Shown here: positions 9,865 to 20,317 of the stretch, piece by piece
Layout: every line of letters starts with the position of its first letter
How positions within the stretch are numbered: the stretch's first letter is position 1
Assembly (NCBI GenBank): GCA_003280965.1
Contig: QCDI01000001.1
Span: forward strand, 210,391-274,390
Direction of reading: 5' to 3'
Origin: Prochlorococcus sp. AG-355-B18
Lineage (GTDB): Bacteria; Cyanobacteriota; Cyanobacteriia; PCC-6307; Cyanobiaceae
Length of the DNA stretch: 64,000 bases
The notes under the pieces: generated by a model
The model's database searches: none
The model's input: the letters and a program-made list of their open reading frames with translations, nothing else
Told to the model about the DNA's origin: nothing
Position numbers and translations under genes: made by a program

Positions 9865-9996
9865 ATAATTTAAAAAATTTATTTAATCTTAATTTATTAT
9901 AAATTTCGATATAGGGTTAATTTTATATTTTCTATTTTATTTATTTGAATTCATAATAAGTGCTTTTACTTAAATTCGCCTAAATTATTTCTTTTT

Positions 9997-10434
9997 TTGC
10001 TAGTTTATATTAAGTTGAAATTACAAAAAGGAAATTTTTTCTTGATTATATTAATATCTATTTTTCTTCCAATAATTATTTTTATTGCTCCAGTAAATGT
10101 AAAAGCTATCCAAGGTAATTTAGATTTATCGAGTGCTCAAACTTCTGTAGGCAAAAGATTTGCTAAAGTTTTTTGTGATGCTAAGAGGGAAGGATTAGAT
10201 TCTGATTTTGCTAGTGAATATGCTTTGAATAATACATATCTAAAATTTGTAGCATTTCCAGACGACGACGAATATTTGGACAATTTATGGAACTTTACTC
10301 ACAACAATATATTAGATAATTGTGGTGAATTTGTAGATATAAATGATTTAAAAGACCTAGAGATTTTTTTTAAAGAAGAGGGTTTAATTGCATCAAATAG
10401 GGAACTTTATTTACCAACTTTTGAGAATAATTAG
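9997..10434 (+). CDS. Secreted hypothetical protein
   Basis: Signal-like N-terminus; 145 aa; start uncertain. Confidence 0.6.
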   Translation: MLVYIKLKLQKGNFFLIILISIFLPIIIFIAPVNVKAIQGNLDLSSAQTSVGKRFAKVFCDAKREGLDSDFASEYALNNTYLKFVAFPDDDEYLDNLWNFTHNNILDNCGEFVDINDLKDLEIFFKEEGLIASNRELYLPTFENN

Positions 10435-10481
10435 ATTAAATTTTTAGCATGTACTAAAATATAAATAGAATATGAAATTTT

Positions 10482-10889
10482 ATGAAACTATTAGGTTTAA
10501 ATTCACCTGAAATATTCATAATTTTAATCATTTTGCTCTCAATTTTAGGGACAAAAAGAATTGAAAAAGGTTTCTTATTATTCAAAAAACTATTAAAGTA
10601 TCTTTTAAGTAAAGAAGAAAATCAAACTTTAGAAAATTCAGAAGTAAAATCAGAGGAACCAGAAGAAAGTGAAGTTAAGGAAGAAACAATAGATGCAGAA
10701 GTAAAATCGGAGGAACCAGAAGAAAGTGAAGTTAAGGAAGAAACAATAGATGCAGAAGTAAAATCGGAGGAACCAGAAGAAAGTGAAGTTAAGGAAGAAA
10801 CAATAGATGCAGAAGTAAAATCAGTTAAACCTAAAAAAAAGTCAGTTAAAGATGAAATAATTGACGTAGAAGTGGATTCTGATAATTAA
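10482..10889 (+). CDS. TatA/B-like membrane protein with acidic repeat tail
   Basis: LGLNSPEIFIILIILLSILGTKRI resembles a TatA N-terminus. Confidence 0.65.
   Translation: MKLLGLNSPEIFIILIILLSILGTKRIEKGFLLFKKLLKYLLSKEENQTLENSEVKSEEPEESEVKEETIDAEVKSEEPEESEVKEETIDAEVKSEEPEESEVKEETIDAEVKSVKPKKKSVKDEIIDVEVDSDN
10639..10824 (+). repeat. 57-bp coding tandem repeat, ~3.3 copies
   Basis: Units start at 10639, 10696, 10753 and 10810 (partial); encode (A)EVKSEEPEESEVKEETID. Confidence 0.95.
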
Positions 10890-11029
10890 TAGGATTTAGA
10901 ATTAAATTTAATATATTAGACAGGGTTAATTCCAAAACCTATATATTTTGGAGAATAATTTAGTTATTTTTTAATCCAATATAAAAGGTTTTGTTTCTAA
11001 TTTTTTTAAATTGAATTATCAATAGATTG

Positions 11030-11509
11030 TTATGAATCTAACGCCACTTCAATAGCTGCGACTAAGTTTTCGTCAAATGGTTTAACGCCTGGTTTAAATC
11101 TTGCAATTACTTTACTATCTTTACCTATTAAAAACTTCTCAAAATTCCATTCAACGTCTCCCTCAGGTTCAACTTTGTTTAGAGTTGTGTATGGTTCTGT
11201 GGTATTTCCTTTTGCATGAACTTTTTCATAGATTTCAAATTTGACGCCAAATTTTGTAGTGCAGAAATCTTTTATTTCTGAAAGAGAGTCGGGTTCTTGT
11301 TTCCCAAAATCATTACATGGGAATGCAAGAATCCTTAGACCTTTGCTTGAATATAAATCATGTAGCTTTTGAAGATCATCATACTGCGCAGTATTTCCGC
11401 AGTAACTTGCTACATTAACCACTAAGATAACTTCCCCTGAGTATTCACCAAGCTTTATAGATGATCCGTCTGCTGAAATAACAGTAGTATTTTGTACGTC
11501 AACTTGCAT
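11030..11509 (-). CDS. gpx: Glutathione peroxidase
   Basis: VNVASYCG, AFPCNDFGKQE, WNFEKFL. Confidence 0.95.
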   Translation of the reverse strand: MQVDVQNTTVISADGSSIKLGEYSGEVILVVNVASYCGNTAQYDDLQKLHDLYSSKGLRILAFPCNDFGKQEPDSLSEIKDFCTTKFGVKFEIYEKVHAKGNTTEPYTTLNKVEPEGDVEWNFEKFLIGKDSKVIARFKPGVKPFDENLVAAIEVALDS

Positions 11510-11654
11510 GTCTTAAAAATATTGCTTCTTGAAGATAACATTGTATGGCCTTTTTTGTGTTCAAATTACCTGATGATTTTGGTTATTTCTTTTATAAGTT
11601 TTAATTTTTCATTTCTTTAACCCTCTATAATTAGTATTATTAGTTAGTTTAAAT

Positions 11655-11897
11655 TTGGACCCTTTAGACCCACTTACTGAAATTATTAATTCCGGTCAAG
11701 GTTTTTCACCTGCAATTGCTTTAGAAAGAATTATTTGGGCAATTATTGGAGTATTTTTTTTAGGAGCAATTTCAACATCTATAACAAATAGCATGAGAAG
11801 TCAAAATTGGTTTGGTATAAAATCTTTATTAAGTTATTCCAAAGATAAAAAAATTACAGATGATTCATCTTCGAAACCTTCTAATCATGATGAATAA
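11655..11897 (+). CDS. Small membrane protein
   Basis: 80 aa ORF, one TM helix. Confidence 0.6.
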   Translation: MDPLDPLTEIINSGQGFSPAIALERIIWAIIGVFFLGAISTSITNSMRSQNWFGIKSLLSYSKDKKITDDSSSKPSNHDE

Positions 11898-11908
11898 GTT
11901 CTATAAAT

Positions 11909-13084
11909 ATGAAAGATTCAATTTTTTCTAATAAAAGAATTTTATTGCTTGGTAGTGGAGAGCTCGGGAAAGAATTAGTAATTGAATCCAAAAGATTAGG
12001 ATTAGAAGTTATTGCAATTGATCGATATGAAAAGGCACCTGCAATGCAAGTAGCTGATTATTCAAGAGTAATTGATATGGGAGATAAAAATATCTTAAAA
12101 AATGTTATAAAAGAATTTAAACCTGATTATGTTGTCCCTGAAATAGAGGCACTTTCAATTGAAGCCTTAAAAGAATTAGAGGATGAAGGATTCAATATCG
12201 TTCCAAACGCCAGAACTGTAGAAATAACAATGAATAGAGATAAAATTAGAGACTTAGCTTCTAGAGATTTAAAAATAAAAACTGCAAAGTTTGATTATAT
12301 TTTTGAATCTGATGATTTACAAAAAAAAGCAGATGAAATTGGATTTCCACTTTTACTGAAGCCTTTAATGAGCTCTTCAGGTAAGGGACAGAGTTTGGTT
12401 GAAACAAAAAATGATTTACAAAATGCCTGGAAACAGGCACAAGTAAATTCAAGAGGAAAGGTTAAAGGTGTAATTATTGAAGAATTTATTAAGTTTGATT
12501 TTGAGTTTACTCTCTTAACTGTAAGAAAAGAAAACGGTGAAAATATTTTTTGTTTACCAATTGGACATCTTCAATCTAATGGAGACTATCAATGTAGTTG
12601 GCAACCTATAGAGATCAACGAGTCCCTAATTATTGAAGCTAAAAGAATGACAAGTAGAATATTAAATAACCTTAATGGAGCTGGATTATACGGAGTAGAG
12701 TTTTTTATAAAAGGAAATGAGGTTATATTTTCAGAATTATCTCCAAGACCACATGACACCGGTATGGTTACATTAGTTAGTCAAAATATTAATGAATTTG
12801 AATTACATTTAAGGGCTTTTTTAAATTTACCAATACCGTATATAGATCTAATAGAACCCTCTGCAACCAGAGTTATACTTTCTAATCAAGAGTGTAATAA
12901 TCCTATTTATGAGGGTCTTAATGAAGCATTAGAAGTTGAAAAAACTAAAGTACTAATATTTGGCAAACCAGTTTCCAGAAAAGGCAGAAGAATGGGTGTT
13001 GTTCTCTCATCAAATTCCGACATTAATTTGGCCAGAAAAAATGCAGATGAAGCTGCTCGTAAAATAAAAGTCAGTTCTAAATAA
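11909..13084 (+). CDS. purT: Formate-dependent phosphoribosylglycinamide formyltransferase
   Basis: LLGSGELGKE, KPLMSSSGKGQS, SPRPHDTG, RRMGV. Confidence 0.97.
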   Translation: MKDSIFSNKRILLLGSGELGKELVIESKRLGLEVIAIDRYEKAPAMQVADYSRVIDMGDKNILKNVIKEFKPDYVVPEIEALSIEALKELEDEGFNIVPNARTVEITMNRDKIRDLASRDLKIKTAKFDYIFESDDLQKKADEIGFPLLLKPLMSSSGKGQSLVETKNDLQNAWKQAQVNSRGKVKGVIIEEFIKFDFEFTLLTVRKENGENIFCLPIGHLQSNGDYQCSWQPIEINESLIIEAKRMTSRILNNLNGAGLYGVEFFIKGNEVIFSELSPRPHDTGMVTLVSQNINEFELHLRAFLNLPIPYIDLIEPSATRVILSNQECNNPIYEGLNEALEVEKTKVLIFGKPVSRKGRRMGVVLSSNSDINLARKNADEAARKIKVSSK

Positions 13085-13177
13085 ATATTAAATAAAAATA
13101 ACGAAAAAAATACTTATTTCCTTAGTTTTTGTTCTCTGTTTCTCTGGGTATTATTTGAGTATGTTCTCTCTTTCTCA

Positions 13178-13378
13178 ATGATAGAAAATTATAAAGGTTG
13201 GGAAATAACTTTAAATTGGGATAATAAAGTTTATCTCGAAAGGGATATTACTAAAAGTAATTTTTTTAACCAAAAGGAAAAATGGATTGGTGTCCACATA
13301 AATGGTAAAAAAATTTATGGTTCTTCTTTAAAAGAAATTAGGCATATCATTGATTATCCTAGTTTGCATACGAAGTAG
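13178..13378 (+). CDS. Hypothetical protein
   Basis: 66 aa ORF. Confidence 0.5.
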   Translation: MIENYKGWEITLNWDNKVYLERDITKSNFFNQKEKWIGVHINGKKIYGSSLKEIRHIIDYPSLHTK

Positions 13379-13393
13379 GTTAAAAGACTTTTT

Positions 13394-13555
13394 TTAATTA
13401 TCCTGATTATTTTCATTATCTTGAATTAGTTCATTAGCAAGTTTTCTTAAATCTCCCTTAATTGAGACCCAAGTAAAAGCGATTATAAAAATTGAAGCAG
13501 ATATTGCAACAGTGATTTTTTCGATAGGGGACATTCCAAGTGCAATAGCAAACAT
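13394..13555 (-). CDS. Small membrane protein (53 aa)
   Basis: Hand-translated MFAIALGMSPIEKITVAISASIFIIAFTWVSIKGDLRKLANEL... Confidence 0.55.
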   Translation of the reverse strand: MFAIALGMSPIEKITVAISASIFIIAFTWVSIKGDLRKLANELIQDNENNQDN

Positions 13556-13720
13556 TTCAAATCAAATAACAATTTTTTATTATATTAAATTTTTTTAGAT
13601 AGTTTAAATAAAATTTGTTTTTGAAATGATATTTAATTATTCAAAATATAATAAATTAAATTTAAATTACTTATTTTATTTATTTTTTCTGATTTCAATT
13701 TTATTCAGTAGTATTAAATT

Positions 13721-13942
13721 ATGGAAAAAAAAAAGTGCCCACAATGTAAAAATTTAATTTCAAAAAATTCTCCAACATGTTTATATTGTGGCAGACCTAA
13801 TAAATTTATAACGAAGGAATACGTCAATAAAAAGTGGAATAAAGATAGTTACAAAAATAAATTTGATTATATTTTTACTAATAAGTATCTTGTATTTATT
13901 TTAATATTAATATTTACGATTGTTATTATTATATTTAGTTAA
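13721..13942 (+). CDS. Zinc-ribbon membrane protein
   Basis: CPQC...CLYCG plus C-terminal TM helix. Confidence 0.65.
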   Translation: MEKKKCPQCKNLISKNSPTCLYCGRPNKFITKEYVNKKWNKDSYKNKFDYIFTNKYLVFILILIFTIVIIIFS

Positions 13943-13956
13943 ATATAAACAATAAA

Positions 13957-16566
13957 TCAATCTATTATTGCATCTAATACTTCTTTAGTATTTGTTGATA
14001 GTTTATTTTTCTTAATCTGCTTTATTGTTTCTATCATATTACTTTTGTAAGGGTCTGAATAATAATTATATCTACTAAATACTTTTACAAAACGGGAAAT
14101 TACAATTGGATTTAATTTATCAAAGTCAATTATCTTTTTTGCAATATATTTATAACCAGAACCATCCATTGCATGAAAAGTACTATTTCTAGTTACGAAA
14201 GTATTTAATATAGCTCTCAAAGTGTTTGGTGATTTTGAATCAAAAAACTTATTTTCAAATAATTTTTCTATACCACTAGTTTTATCATCAGTTTCTATAG
14301 ATGCATTGAATGAGAACCAACTATCCAAAACGACACTATTATTTTTCCATTTATTGAAGAATATATTTGAAATAATTTTTCTTTCAGGGCAATTAATTCT
14401 ACTGAAAGAATTTAATGCAGCTTTTGCTAAAGTCATCGAATTACTATCGACATAATTAATTATTTTGCTTTTAATTTCCTCATCATCACTGTGTAAGAGT
14501 AGTTTCCATATAGTTTCGATTAGTTTTCTTTCATTTTTACCGTCTGGCCAGACTTTATCTAGATTTTTCTCTATTTCTTGGAGCTTAGAATATAATACTT
14601 TTTTTAATTTGTTACCGAATATATAATTTAATTCGTCAATAGTTTTATATATTTTTAAAGGGTTAATATTTTCAATCTCTGATTCAATTTCAGCAAATGT
14701 CGGAATACTCAGTAATTCTGATAAAAGAGATAAATTAATATCTTTATTTTTTATAAATGATATCAAGGTACTTATTAATTTATTTTCAATTTTATGATCT
14801 GGTTTTTCATCTAATCTGTATAAAATGATTTTTTTATAAAATACTTTTACAGTATTGGATAGTGTAAAAAAATCTTTTTCATATTTTAAGATTAAAAATT
14901 TTTCATCCAGGGTAGTGTCTGATTCCCACTCAACTGGTGAAGAGAATTCGCGAAAATAAGTTACTAAAGGGATTTGGAGGTGAGATTTTACATTCCTAAA
15001 AATAAATTCTTGTTTTTTTGTTTTTAAAACAACTGTTTTTTCTATTCTATTATTTTCATCGCAAAATATAGCCAGATTTATTGGAATTATTAGAGGTAAA
15101 TCATTGTATGGGTTCTTCTTTATTGGATTATTTTGATAGGCTTGAATTATAAGTTTTTCGTCTGTTTGATCCCAGATTCTCTTGAATTTAACTTTTGGGG
15201 TCCCATTTTGCTTGTACCATACTTTAAATTCTTTAGGATCGATTTCCTTATTGTGCTCTAATATTTTATCGACGAATTGGTCTATTGTTGCTGCCTTCCC
15301 ATCATATGTTGAGATGTAATTACTAAATCCTTTGTAGAAATATTTATCACTTACGAGCTTGCTAAGCATCCTAATAATTTCTGATCCCTTTTCGTATATC
15401 GTGGTGGTATAGAAATTGTCTATTTCTTGATATTTTTCTGGCATTACAGGGTGCGATGTTGGACCAGAATCCTCTCTAAATTGATTTCTTATAAGAAATT
15501 TTGCATCCTCAAGTCTCTTAATTTCATGATTATGAAGGTCTGCAGTGAATTGTTGATCTCTGAAAACTGTTAAACCCTCTTTTAGAGATAATTGAAACCA
15601 ATCCCTACAAGTCACTCTATTACCCGTCCAATTATGGAAGTATTCATGGGCGATCACACCCTCTATTCTTTCTAATTCCTCATCAGTTGTTGTTTCAGAA
15701 TTAGCGAGTATTAATTTTGAGTTAAAAATATTTAGACTTTTGTTTTCCATTGCTCCCATATTAAAGTGCCTGACTGCAACTATATTGAACAATGACAAAT
15801 CGTATTCAAGATTATATTTTTCCTCGTCCCATCTCATAGATTTCTTTAAGGAACTTATTGCATGTTGAACATATTTTTCGTCGCCATATTCAACATAAAT
15901 ATTTATTTTTACTTTTTTATTCGATTTTGTTATGAAATTATCTTTTACACAATTAAGTTTCCCTCCTACTAAAGCAAATAGATATGAGGGTTTCGGATAT
16001 GGGTCTTCCCAAATTATTTCATGACGATTATTTGTTAGATTATTTTCTTTTACGACGTTACCATTTGAAAGTAATACAGGATAATCATTCTTGTCTGCCT
16101 CAATTCTCACGGTGTATTTGCTTAGAATATCAGGCCTATCAGCGTGAAAACTTATTCTTCTAAATCCTTCAGCCTCGCATTGCGTAGTTATCATTCCATT
16201 GCTCTCGTACATTCCTAAAAGTGATGTATTTTCCTTCGGTTTAATTCTTCCTTCTATTTTTAATAAAAAATTATCTTTTTTTATATTTTTAATTTTTAAG
16301 TTATTTTTTTGTTGTTTGTAGTCTTCTTCTTCCTCTAGTAATGAGTCATCTATAAATATTTTTTTTATTAATATATCCGTACCATCAAGAATAAGATTTC
16401 TGGTATTCTTATTTTTTTTTACTAATTTAAGTTTTGTCGTAACATTAACAAAATTTCTCTTAATTACGAAGTCCAAAAAAATTTCTGGAATTTCATAATC
16501 AAAAGCTTTGTAATCTTCCAGTTTTACATATCTTGAAATACTATTTTGGTTTTTTGGATTGTCCAT
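13957..16566 (-). CDS. pepN: Aminopeptidase N (M1 family)
   Basis: TQCEAEGFRRI, GAMENK, HEYFH...E, YEKG. Confidence 0.97.
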   Translation of the reverse strand: MDNPKNQNSISRYVKLEDYKAFDYEIPEIFLDFVIKRNFVNVTTKLKLVKKNKNTRNLILDGTDILIKKIFIDDSLLEEEEDYKQQKNNLKIKNIKKDNFLLKIEGRIKPKENTSLLGMYESNGMITTQCEAEGFRRISFHADRPDILSKYTVRIEADKNDYPVLLSNGNVVKENNLTNNRHEIIWEDPYPKPSYLFALVGGKLNCVKDNFITKSNKKVKINIYVEYGDEKYVQHAISSLKKSMRWDEEKYNLEYDLSLFNIVAVRHFNMGAMENKSLNIFNSKLILANSETTTDEELERIEGVIAHEYFHNWTGNRVTCRDWFQLSLKEGLTVFRDQQFTADLHNHEIKRLEDAKFLIRNQFREDSGPTSHPVMPEKYQEIDNFYTTTIYEKGSEIIRMLSKLVSDKYFYKGFSNYISTYDGKAATIDQFVDKILEHNKEIDPKEFKVWYKQNGTPKVKFKRIWDQTDEKLIIQAYQNNPIKKNPYNDLPLIIPINLAIFCDENNRIEKTVVLKTKKQEFIFRNVKSHLQIPLVTYFREFSSPVEWESDTTLDEKFLILKYEKDFFTLSNTVKVFYKKIILYRLDEKPDHKIENKLISTLISFIKNKDINLSLLSELLSIPTFAEIESEIENINPLKIYKTIDELNYIFGNKLKKVLYSKLQEIEKNLDKVWPDGKNERKLIETIWKLLLHSDDEEIKSKIINYVDSNSMTLAKAALNSFSRINCPERKIISNIFFNKWKNNSVVLDSWFSFNASIETDDKTSGIEKLFENKFFDSKSPNTLRAILNTFVTRNSTFHAMDGSGYKYIAKKIIDFDKLNPIVISRFVKVFSRYNYYSDPYKSNMIETIKQIKKNKLSTNTKEVLDAIID

Positions 16567-16616
16567 CTTTAATAAAGATTTTAGATGTTGAATGATCTAG
16601 GGTACTTGTCTTTTAA

Positions 16617-17012
16617 TTATAAGTTTGACCTGTTATCTTCTGTTTCACAAAAATGTGTTTTAATTTCACCAGAGGGAAGTAGTTCGTATAAAGAAGGATT
16701 TTCAATATTAGGCGATCCGTCCTCATTTAATTGGTATCTCCAGTCCCATTTTTTATCAGTAAATGAAATGTAATCTTTCCTTAGAGAGTATGGAAGCATA
16801 AGTTTTTTTTTATTCCAATTAATATTTATAAATGCCCCTGGCTTTAACTCGGATATCTTTTCTACTATTGAAAAGTCACCATTAAAATTATTTCTAATCA
16901 CAATATTGAGCTTTGTATTTTCACATAGATAGCTAGTATTCAAAGCTAATAAGAGTATTGAGGTAATAAAAAATGAATAAATTTTTTTACTCCTTTTAAA
17001 ATGAACTTACAT
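16617..17012 (-). CDS. Secreted hypothetical protein, possibly disrupted at codon 2
   Basis: ORF 16617-16943 extends upstream into a signal-like stretch preceded by in-frame ATG (17012) then TAA (17007-17009). Confidence 0.5.
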
Positions 17013-17050
17013 TAAATCTAAATGACTAAATAAAGGGTTTTTGGATCGAT

Positions 17051-17767
17051 TTAAATCATAATTGATTGCATACTCTTTAGATCTACAAGATTACAATTTA
17101 ATTCCTTTTCATAATCCTGAACTGAAATAAAATTATTTAAAAAACCTGAATATTTTGCATCTCCGCCTACGGTACTTGAAAGTATAAATTTTGGGTTGAA
17201 TTTATTAATCAGTTTAGGTAATACATCAGCACCTTTTACAAAAGAACCTACTAAGGGTAATTCTAAATTTTTTGTAGGAGTAATGACTGCATCAAGATTT
17301 TGTTTATTTAAATTTTCATCAAGATATCCATGGGGTTCTATATAAAACCCATTATCTTGATCGTCTTTAACAATATATCCGTTTTCTACTTGTGGTACTG
17401 GAGCCCCAGCAGTGGCTTCAAAACTTAAATTAAATTGATTAATCTTTTCAGTTGGCTTAAGCATTTTAATAGAACTAAAACCAATTTTTTCTAATGTTTC
17501 AATAGCACTTTTAGGGCAAATTATAGGAATATCCTTTCTGAACATTTCTAATGTTGGAACATGACAGTGATCAGGTAGACCTTGGGTTAATAAAATAACA
17601 TCTATTTCTTTATCTATTAAAATTTCTTCTTCTAATGATCCTTTAAAAAACCATTCACCTGGTGGAAATATTAAATCACCTTTAAGCCATGGATCGATAA
17701 TTAAATTTGTATTTTTAAATTTTATAAACCAACCGTTTGATCCAAGGTAAGTAGCCTCAAAAGCCAT
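17051..17767 (-). CDS. MBL-fold metallo-hydrolase
   Basis: YLGSNGW, IIDPW, TQGLPDHCH. Confidence 0.85.
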   Translation of the reverse strand: MAFEATYLGSNGWFIKFKNTNLIIDPWLKGDLIFPPGEWFFKGSLEEEILIDKEIDVILLTQGLPDHCHVPTLEMFRKDIPIICPKSAIETLEKIGFSSIKMLKPTEKINQFNLSFEATAGAPVPQVENGYIVKDDQDNGFYIEPHGYLDENLNKQNLDAVITPTKNLELPLVGSFVKGADVLPKLINKFNPKFILSSTVGGDAKYSGFLNNFISVQDYEKELNCNLVDLKSMQSIMI

Positions 17768-17832
17768 TATGAAAGTACTGTTTAATTGACTATAAAGTAA
17801 TTTTTATTTTATCGAGAAGGAACTAACTTAAA

Positions 17833-18135
17833 TTAGTTCGCCTCATTTAAAATTTGAAATGACTTTTTTTTAAGATTAAATATTAAAACTTGGTTATCTT
17901 TATAATTAATTTTAGAGTATTCTTTTTCTAGCATTTGTAAGGGTATTAGAGCTAATCCTCCTGTTCCTGAAAATATGATCGGCATGGTGCTACTTTTAGT
18001 TCCATTCATTTTTTGTAAGTCAATAGCTTGAGATACTATTTTTTTGGCTCTATCAAATCCGTAATCTTCTATTAATTCAGGCCATAAAAAATTAACTGAC
18101 TCATATTTTGAAAACTCAATTTGTATTGTTTTCAT
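17833..18135 (-). CDS. Hypothetical protein
   Basis: 100 aa ORF. Confidence 0.65.
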   Translation of the reverse strand: MKTIQIEFSKYESVNFLWPELIEDYGFDRAKKIVSQAIDLQKMNGTKSSTMPIIFSGTGGLALIPLQMLEKEYSKINYKDNQVLIFNLKKKSFQILNEAN

Positions 18136-18176
18136 TAAAAATTAGATATTAAAAGATTTATTGATAACGGTTTAGC

Positions 18177-18362
18177 TTAATTATTATTTTTAAACCTATC
18201 CATAACTAGCTGTAACATATCAACTACATCTCCATCAGTTAAATTTAAATCCTTCTTTAAATCATTGCATGTTAAGTTCATTTCAAGTGCTGCTTCAGCC
18301 ATATGATTAACTTTTTGGTTATCACCGCCTAATGAAATAAATGGATTGAAGTTTTCTATCAT
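18177..18362 (-). CDS. Hypothetical protein
   Basis: 61 aa ORF. Confidence 0.55.
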   Translation of the reverse strand: MIENFNPFISLGGDNQKVNHMAEAALEMNLTCNDLKKDLNLTDGDVVDMLQLVMDRFKNNN

Positions 18363-18468
18363 TAATGTTTAAAGTTACTACTTAGTTCTAGCTAAGAAAT
18401 TTTGAATTATCATTTATTGATACAGAAGCTTATAAATATGTTATTAATTTTTTAGGAATTATTTATTT

Positions 18469-18849
18469 TTAAACTATAGATGTTGAAATACCTTTAGATA
18501 TCAATGCGAATCTTCTTGCTCCAAGAAGTAACGGAAATATTAATTTTGTTCGTTTATTTGATCTGAATACTTTAGATAGTAATAAGAGTAGACTACTCGA
18601 AGGACTATTTATTTCTTTGCTTATAGTATTTATTGCGTCTGCTCCATGATAGATATTTTTATCTTTGAGGAGAATAGCACCTTTATCTAGGTCATAACCT
18701 TTTTCTAATAGAGAATTGATTAGAGTTAAATTTTTACGACCATCAAGAATTTTAATATTAGTTATCTTGCTTTTGATTTCAAGGAGTTCTGCGAAATGAT
18801 TGCAAAAAGGACATTCACCGTCATAAATAAAAGTATAGTTTGCAGTCAT
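18469..18849 (-). CDS. DCC1-like thiol-disulfide oxidoreductase family protein (DUF393)
   Basis: YDGECPFC motif. Confidence 0.85.
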   Translation of the reverse strand: MTANYTFIYDGECPFCNHFAELLEIKSKITNIKILDGRKNLTLINSLLEKGYDLDKGAILLKDKNIYHGADAINTISKEINSPSSSLLLLLSKVFRSNKRTKLIFPLLLGARRFALISKGISTSIV

Positions 18850-19053
18850 AAGAAAAATTCCTGTAAATTGTCTTGAAATGCCAAGTAAAAGTGTTTAATA
18901 CTTTGATATTAAAATAAAAAATAAAAATTTTGTGGATTGGGAATAAAGGGATTTAGTTAAAAGATTTTCATAATTACGAAGAAATGTCTCAATATAGGTA
19001 TATTTTTCACAAAAATTCTGTATGCTTACTCGAAGATATTATGTTTTAAAATC

Positions 19054-19191
19054 ATGAATTTATTAGCTTCTTTTGCTTTAGGTGGTTTCAATCCTTGGGC
19101 AGCAGGCTTCGGTATTGGGTCTCTAGTCCTTTTTGGTCTTGTTGGACTTGTAGCTGGACCAAATCTTAAGAATTTTGATCCTGATGCATAA
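19054..19191 (+). CDS. Gly-rich hydrophobic peptide (45 aa)
   Basis: Hand-translated MNLLASFALGGFNPWAAGFGIGSLVLFGLVGLVAGPNLKNFDPDA; followed by a terminator. Confidence 0.6.
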   Translation: MNLLASFALGGFNPWAAGFGIGSLVLFGLVGLVAGPNLKNFDPDA

Positions 19192-19220
19192 ATCACTTGA
19201 TTTACTATTGATTTTAATAT

Positions 19221-19253
19221 AAAGACTCATTAGAGTCTTTTTTTTTTTTTTTT
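19221..19253 (+). terminator. Rho-independent terminator
   Basis: AAAGACTC-ATTA-GAGTCTTT hairpin running into a T16 tract. Confidence 0.8.
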
Positions 19254-19308
19254 GCGGTTTTTAAAATTTATTTTTAGAATCAGAAAATAATTATATTTTG
19301 TTTAATAA

Positions 19309-19578
19309 ATGTTGTTAAATCCTTTTTCTCCATTGACTTTTTTGAAGATTTCTTCTTTAAAAGCGACCATTGTTTTTTTATCGATTCTTTTAATAAAATC
19401 AAACTTACTTAGATTGAAAGGGGGACTTATTGGAGGTCTTTTTGCTTTGATACTTATATCAGGAATACTGGCCTCTAGTACTTTGGCTTTAGGATCTCTA
19501 GTTTATGCTTATAGATTAAGTAAGAATTCTAATCCTGACGATAATCAAGTCCAGAATTTAGAAACAGTTAATATTTAA
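19309..19578 (+). CDS. Small membrane protein (true start probably downstream)
   Basis: Hydrophobic GGLIGGLFALILISGILAS segment. Confidence 0.45.
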   Translation: MLLNPFSPLTFLKISSLKATIVFLSILLIKSNLLRLKGGLIGGLFALILISGILASSTLALGSLVYAYRLSKNSNPDDNQVQNLETVNI

Positions 19579-19611
19579 GAATTTTTAGGGACTATACTTA
19601 AACTAGTTCAC

Positions 19612-19728
19612 TTAAAATGGGGTTCCTGGAACAAAATGCAATACTAAAAATCCAAAACTTGCAGCAAAAACAATTGATACTGCAATTATAAGAAGACCTG
19701 ACGCCATCCCACCTTCATTAAATGCCAT
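19612..19728 (-). CDS. Hydrophobic peptide (38 aa)
   Basis: Hand-translated MAFNEGGMASGLLIIAVSIVFAASFGFLVLHFVPGTPF. Confidence 0.5.
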   Translation of the reverse strand: MAFNEGGMASGLLIIAVSIVFAASFGFLVLHFVPGTPF

Positions 19729-19797
19729 ATAGATAGTTATTTTAAGTTAATAATAGACCATATTTGATAACAAGTAATAGTTTTAATTACTCATAAA

Positions 19798-19977
19798 TCA
19801 TCCAAATTTATTATTAATAGTGAATAAAAGTAAAAAGATTGAAGTTAACGAGATGATAAAACCAAATACTATCAATGGTTTAGATTTGCCGTTTTCTTCT
19901 TTCTTAGGCTCGCTTTTCGAAGAAGATAGATTTCTATCTTTTTTTTTATTAATAAGATTAGGAAAAAGTTTAATCAC
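19798..19977 (-). CDS. Small membrane protein (59 aa)
   Basis: GTG start; basic N-terminus and C-terminal TM helix. Confidence 0.45.
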   Translation of the reverse strand: MIKLFPNLINKKKDRNLSSSKSEPKKEENGKSKPLIVFGFIISLTSIFLLLFTINNKFG

Positions 19978-19999
19978 GATAAAATTAAGATTTAGCTTA

Positions 20000-20317
20000 T
20001 TACCCTAAAGTTTTAAACAAATCTTTATGGTAATCAACAACATTTTGACAACTTATTACAGGTGTAAATTCCATATGAATTCCGAATTTGGCTCTCCATG
20101 GAGCAAAATGCTCAAAAATTTCCTTATCACTATAAGCCTTACATAAACAAACTACTCTACCTTCTCCTGGAGCATGTACTCTAAATAACATCTCAAATTT
20201 GTCTGTTTTATCTGATTTAGCCATTTCGCCATTTTCCCAGGCTTCCACAAATAATTGATAAGCTTTTACTTGATTTTCTATGTCAGGGAATTGGCAGTCA
20301 GCAAGAAATAATTGCAT
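20000..20317 (-). CDS. DUF3303 family protein
   Basis: RVHAPGEG...EHFAPW...FTPV. Confidence 0.8.
   Translation of the reverse strand: MQLFLADCQFPDIENQVKAYQLFVEAWENGEMAKSDKTDKFEMLFRVHAPGEGRVVCLCKAYSDKEIFEHFAPWRAKFGIHMEFTPVISCQNVVDYHKDLFKTLG

Noticed and set aside
10639..10824. CRISPR array
   Set aside because: Contiguous in-frame coding repeats with no spacers; no cas genes
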